Part shown: in pieces, positions 59,821 through 64,000 of the stretch
How positions within the stretch are numbered: position 1 is the stretch's first letter
Layout: each line of letters begins with the position of its first letter
Assembly (NCBI GenBank): GCA_964252035.1
Contig: OZ176201.1
DNA: 64,000 nt
Reading direction: 5' to 3' (one strand)
Source: Podarcis erhardii
Taxonomy: Eukaryota
Position numbers and translations under genes: made by a program
The notes under the pieces: generated by a model
Told to the model about the DNA's origin: nothing
What the model saw: only the letters and a program-made list of their open reading frames with translations
The model's database searches: none

Positions 59821-60659
59821 TTAAGTCTCTGTTTTTGGAAACATCCTGGCAGCCGCCTGCTTGAGTTTGGGATTAACCAACACCAGGATGGCAACCTGCA
59901 CAGGGCATTACATTAGTATCACTGCTACACACACTAAAATAACATATGTGGGTGGTTTTTTTACCCTGTCCAATTGTAAGCAAGGTCTCTGTCGGGCAAA
60001 AAGAGAGCATCAGGAGGGAGAGCACTTTTTCAGCTGCCTTGATGTGAGCTACTGTTTGGGGACTCTGAAAATTCAATCCTTTACCTGTCATCTTGCAGAA
60101 ATGTCTAAAGCGTGAGGCTACAACCATGATGGAGCAAAGGAAAACCACAAGAAAGGGACAGCCAGAACCAGTAAGCTGAAAAATTCATTCTTTCTTTCCT
60201 TATGTCACGTTCGTGACATTGTTTGGTATTTTGCTGTGTATTATATTATAAATATTCTGCACTGCAAACGGGGGGGGGGGGGGGACAGTGAGATGAGATC
60301 CCACAAGAAACCTGGTATCCTCTACTTGCACCAAAGGAAGGAGGAGTGGGTGCTGTTCACTATCTTGATGCAATAGAAGATGCAATAGAAGATGCAGAGC
60401 CAGGCTGTGAGCCAGAATCGAGAGAATGTGACAAAGGTTTTAAAAACAGCATTTGCGGCATTAAGTACTAACTGGTGAAAAATGGAACCATGAAACCTGT
60501 ATAGCAGACACTGGACATACCCAATGCCGTAGTTGTTCGCTGACAGCAAGGTTCCTGCATTCAGCCCATTCAGTGATGATTACTACAACTATAAAGCCAT
60601 TGGAGAGGGCCAAGTCCATTGCAGCCACCAGAAACGCAATAATCTGGGAGAGAAGGCAT
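59821..60659 (-). pseudogene. TAS2R pseudogene (frameshifted)
   Basis: Collinear with the two intact TAS2Rs from ATG CCT TCT to ...[19 protein letters not shown]. Lesions: +1 insertion after codon 3, deletion/frameshift near 60530, 12-nt tandem duplication (IFYC IFYC, ~60367-60395), and a poly-C/G run at ~60270-60284. Confidence 0.9.
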
Positions 60660-61010
60660 ATCTCTGGATTCTTTCAGACTGCTAGACTTTCACTAGCATT
60701 GAGATGGGGGGTCCAAGTGAGGTAGCAGGTCTATAGTATACTTTCTCAATGGTTGGGAACTATGGAAATGAACTATGCATCAAACTATGTAAATTCATGG
60801 GACTCTTGGCCTGCCCATTTCCATGATGCTTCTAGATAGTGTAGTGGTGTTGATGACAAACTATATTGAATGGCTTTGTATAAATTGAATTGGTGCTTCA
60901 TCTTGGTGGTTATATGGAACAAGAAATTTTGCCCAAGAGAACCCTGTTGGCGGTCTAGATTTTACTGCTCAGGTAAAGAATAGGAGGAACTGGAAATACT
61001 GCTGTTGAAT
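60660..61010 (-). promoter_or_regulatory. Decayed TAS2R proximal upstream module (octamer mutated to ATGGAAAT, 60762-60769)
   Basis: Homologous to the other two modules and lies 5' of the pseudogene. Confidence 0.55.
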
Positions 61011-61468
61011 CATGGAAGGACCACCCCTGGTGTTTACAATATGGGGTATCATAGGGCACTATTCTATCCCCATTGCTGGGAGCAGCCATTAGGACTTTGG
61101 GGGCCAGGTGTGATTTGTATGCTGATCCTCAGCTTTCTTTATCCAGAAGTTCTGAATCAGGAGAAGCGATGTGGGCCCTGGGCTGATTCCTTGATACAGA
61201 CTTGGGATGGATGAGGGGGAATAAGCTTGTTTGTATCCTGGCAAGATGGCTTTGATCTGTGGAACTGTCACGGTTACACAAGCCACATAATATCTGTTCA
61301 GTAGCTGTAAGAAATTGATCTTTTAATGTGGTAGCACCTAAACTGGAACTCCCTGCCTATTGATATCAGACATATGCCTTTGCTGTGCTCTTTCTGGTGC
61401 CTGCTTAAAACGTTCTGTATGTTCTGTGCAGACGTACAGAAGTTACAGTCCTTTACGTAATCCCTGGT

Positions 61469-61626
61469 CAGTGGCGTAGCGTGGGGGGTGCAGGGGGGGC
61501 CGGCCGCACCGGGCGCAACATCTGGGGTTAGGGCAAATCCACGGGTTAGGGGGCGCAAATCCACGGGTTAGGGGGCACAAATTACTTGCCTTGCCCCGGG
61601 TGCTGACAACCCACGCTACGCCACTG
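61469..61626. mobile_element. hAT MITE (probably nested in an older mariner-type MITE ~61445-61790)
   Basis: TIR cagtggcgtagcgtggg / cccacgctacgccactg; 8-bp TSD (t/c)ccctggt. Confidence 0.8.
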
Positions 61627-61859
61627 CCCCTGGTTACATAAACTTTGGGATGAGCGCGTGGCAAACCTGGAAGTATTTTACTGGGTTTCGCTGCGTCTGC
61701 ATGCACAGAAGCGGTCCTCAGGTTGCAGAAACCTCAGGATCCGACCGGACCTCTGGAACAGATCCTGCCCGCAACCGGAGGTAACACTGTACATGTGTTT
61801 TTCTCTTTTTCGCTACTGTCGATTTTAATTAGTATATTTTGACTGCTTTTAAATACATA

Positions 61860-62110
61860 CAGTCGTACCTTGGTTGTCAAATGGAATCCGTTCTGGAAGT
61901 CCGTTCGACTTCCAAAAACGTTAGACAACCAAGGCGCGGCTTCCGATTGGCAGCAGGAGCTTCCTGCACTCAATTGGAAGCTGCAGAAGCCGCGTCGGAT
62001 GTTCAGGTTCCAAAGGACGTTCGCAAACCGGAACAGTCACTTCCGGGTTTGTGGCATTCAGGAGCCAAAACATTTGACTCCCAAGGCGTTCCAGAACCAA
62101 GGTACGACTG
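61860..62110. mobile_element. Tc1/mariner MITE
   Basis: TA|cagtcgtaccttggtt ... aaccaaggtacgactg|TA. Confidence 0.85.
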
Positions 62111-63430
62111 TACTTGTTCTTAAACTTTTTATTGAGAATTTTTTTGTTTATATTTTTGTAACCAGTTAGAAGGGTTGTGGGGTTTTTTTACAGTCAAGGG
62201 CACATAAATTTTGTTAAATAAAATAAACAGTAACTCCGGCTCTCCACTGACCCACAGTATATTCATAACATAGAAAAAGCTGTAATACTGCAAAATGCTT
62301 TAGTTTCTTCTGTTAGTTTAGCCAAAAGACCTCATTGCCCGTGTCATTCCAAAGTAACATTTATCACTTTGCTCAAGATTGTTGTTAATTTCTGAAGTAT
62401 GTTTTTAAATTAAGGGACACAGACAGCCCAATCCTATGCAACCATGGAATTTAATCCTACTGTATTTAGTGGACTTACTCTAAAGTAAGTGTGCACAGAT
62501 TGTAGCCCTAATTGTTCAGTTTACCTGTCAAAACATGATAGGTTTGGGTTTCTTCAGTGTCTTAAAAAGCATAGAGATTTGCTTGGTGCTGTTTTCCAGA
62601 ACAGAAAATGGAAATATATGTATTTTATTAAGCAAAGCAGTAACTAATTCCATTCTATATTTGCATCACTGTATTTGCAACTGAAGATCAAATAGGCAAA
62701 GGACAGTACTTTTTATTAGATTTCTGAAACAGCTGGTTCTTGCACTGCCTCTGTGCTTCTGTTGGCCCATGAGATGTGCATAACAACCTTCATAAAGGGC
62801 AGGGAGAGAGAGAGAGAGAAATCAAACTAAGCTGTAAGAAATATGTTGTGTTCTGAGCATGCAAGAGCTGCAATCACACAAAATGTCGAGGGGAGACATT
62901 TGATGCATAAAAAAGAGCCACAAAAGCTTCTGGTAGTTGGTGTTTAACAACATCTGCAAGTGGTGGGTGGTAGGGTAGCTTTCCAGGCGTCCAAATTGCC
63001 TAGCAAAGTTTGAAACGCTTGTGGTTGATGAAAAAGGAAATTATAAAGGTCTAGCCTTCCTATAGACATGCAATATTCTACTGTTGGTCATCTGTCCCAG
63101 ATGAGGGCATTGTGGAGAAGGGGACCAGTTGCCAAGAGGAAGTGGGAAGAAATCGGAGAACTCCAGGGAGGGAGAAGCTAAATCCATTTCATAGGACACT
63201 CTGGATATAGGGAAGGGAAAGTGTGGGACAGAAGTAGATGAAGAAGAAGACAAGGGGGAATTGAAGGAGGTACAATAGGGCTTCATGATCCACATTAAGC
63301 CAATGTATGGATGGTGTGCCTATTGAACTTAATCTTGCTGGCAAGGTTGTCGAATAAGAATTTGATTGCAACTTATGATTTCTGCCATTATCTTCAGCCA
63401 AAACAGATTAAATAGTGCTTGCTTGATCGC

Positions 63431-63431
63431 T

Positions 63432-63487
<56 letters not shown>

Positions 63488-63490
63488 TTT
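63431..63490. repeat. (CTTT)n microsatellite
   Basis: Visible directly. Confidence 0.9.
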
Positions 63491-63929
63491 CTTTACAGGG
63501 TACCTGATTTTGGTATAACAATTTCTAAAGACAAAATCTGACCTTTGTCATATTACCCTTGTTATATTTTATTAACATATAAACACACACACACACACGG
63601 TCCAAGTATAACAGAGGGAATTTAAATTTTATGTGAGTAGAGTTTCAAGGCTGGTATGCAAAATGTTTGGAAAAGGCAAAAACCATGACATAGTGAGAAT
63701 TCAAAACGCAGGAATATGCAGTAATGGCAAAACTTATGAGTTTATACAAATGAAACAAGGGAGGCAAAAAGTAAGATGCTTATTATTCAAGATAAGAAAT
63801 TGCTTATGGATTGTTGGCATAATAAAGCACATCAGTAAATAATAAGACTTTTATTTGACATGCTGTAACAAACAAGAACAGTGAAAAGTCGTAAGGCAGA
63901 AAATAAAAATTATAATATTAGTAGTAGTA

Positions 63930-63973
<44 letters not shown>

Positions 63974-64000
63974 TTCTACCCCGCCCATCTGGCTGGGTTT
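63930..64000 (-). mobile_element. (AAT)n tail plus start of an inverted L2-type 3' end
   Basis: (AAT)n then tacccccgcccatctggctgggttt, the reverse complement of the tail at ~16920-16960. Confidence 0.6.

Overview
Vertebrate (squamate, probably lacertid lizard, judged from Sauria/Squam-type SINEs) genomic DNA. The + strand carries the last 12 coding exons of APEH (acylamino-acid-releasing enzyme, peptidase S9; 103-6729). A complete, diverged tandem APEH paralog follows, with a CpG-island promoter at about 9.3-10 kb and 22 exons encoding 739 aa. Its exons 1-21 lie at 9634-29910, but the terminal exon carrying the catalytic His ([11 protein letters not shown]...) lies at 57895-58036. The resulting ~28-kb last intron contains, antisense, two intact single-exon TAS2R bitter-taste receptor ORFs (37005-37916, 54923-55822) and a TAS2R relic (~46080-46495), plus a decayed sense-strand copy of APEH-like exon 19 (~50118-50276). 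A frameshifted TAS2R pseudogene (59821-60659) lies just past the terminal exon. The TAS2Rs sit in repeated units with conserved non-coding flanks bearing POU octamer motifs. Many TEs are interspersed: L1, L2, CR1 and RTE/BovB fragments, SINEs, mariner and hAT MITEs, three Penelope-derived insertions with minimal hammerhead ribozymes, and three ~2-kb L1-derived single-ORF (HAL1-like) elements with TSDs. All exon and TE boundaries were read by eye; TE family labels come from recognition and were not searched.
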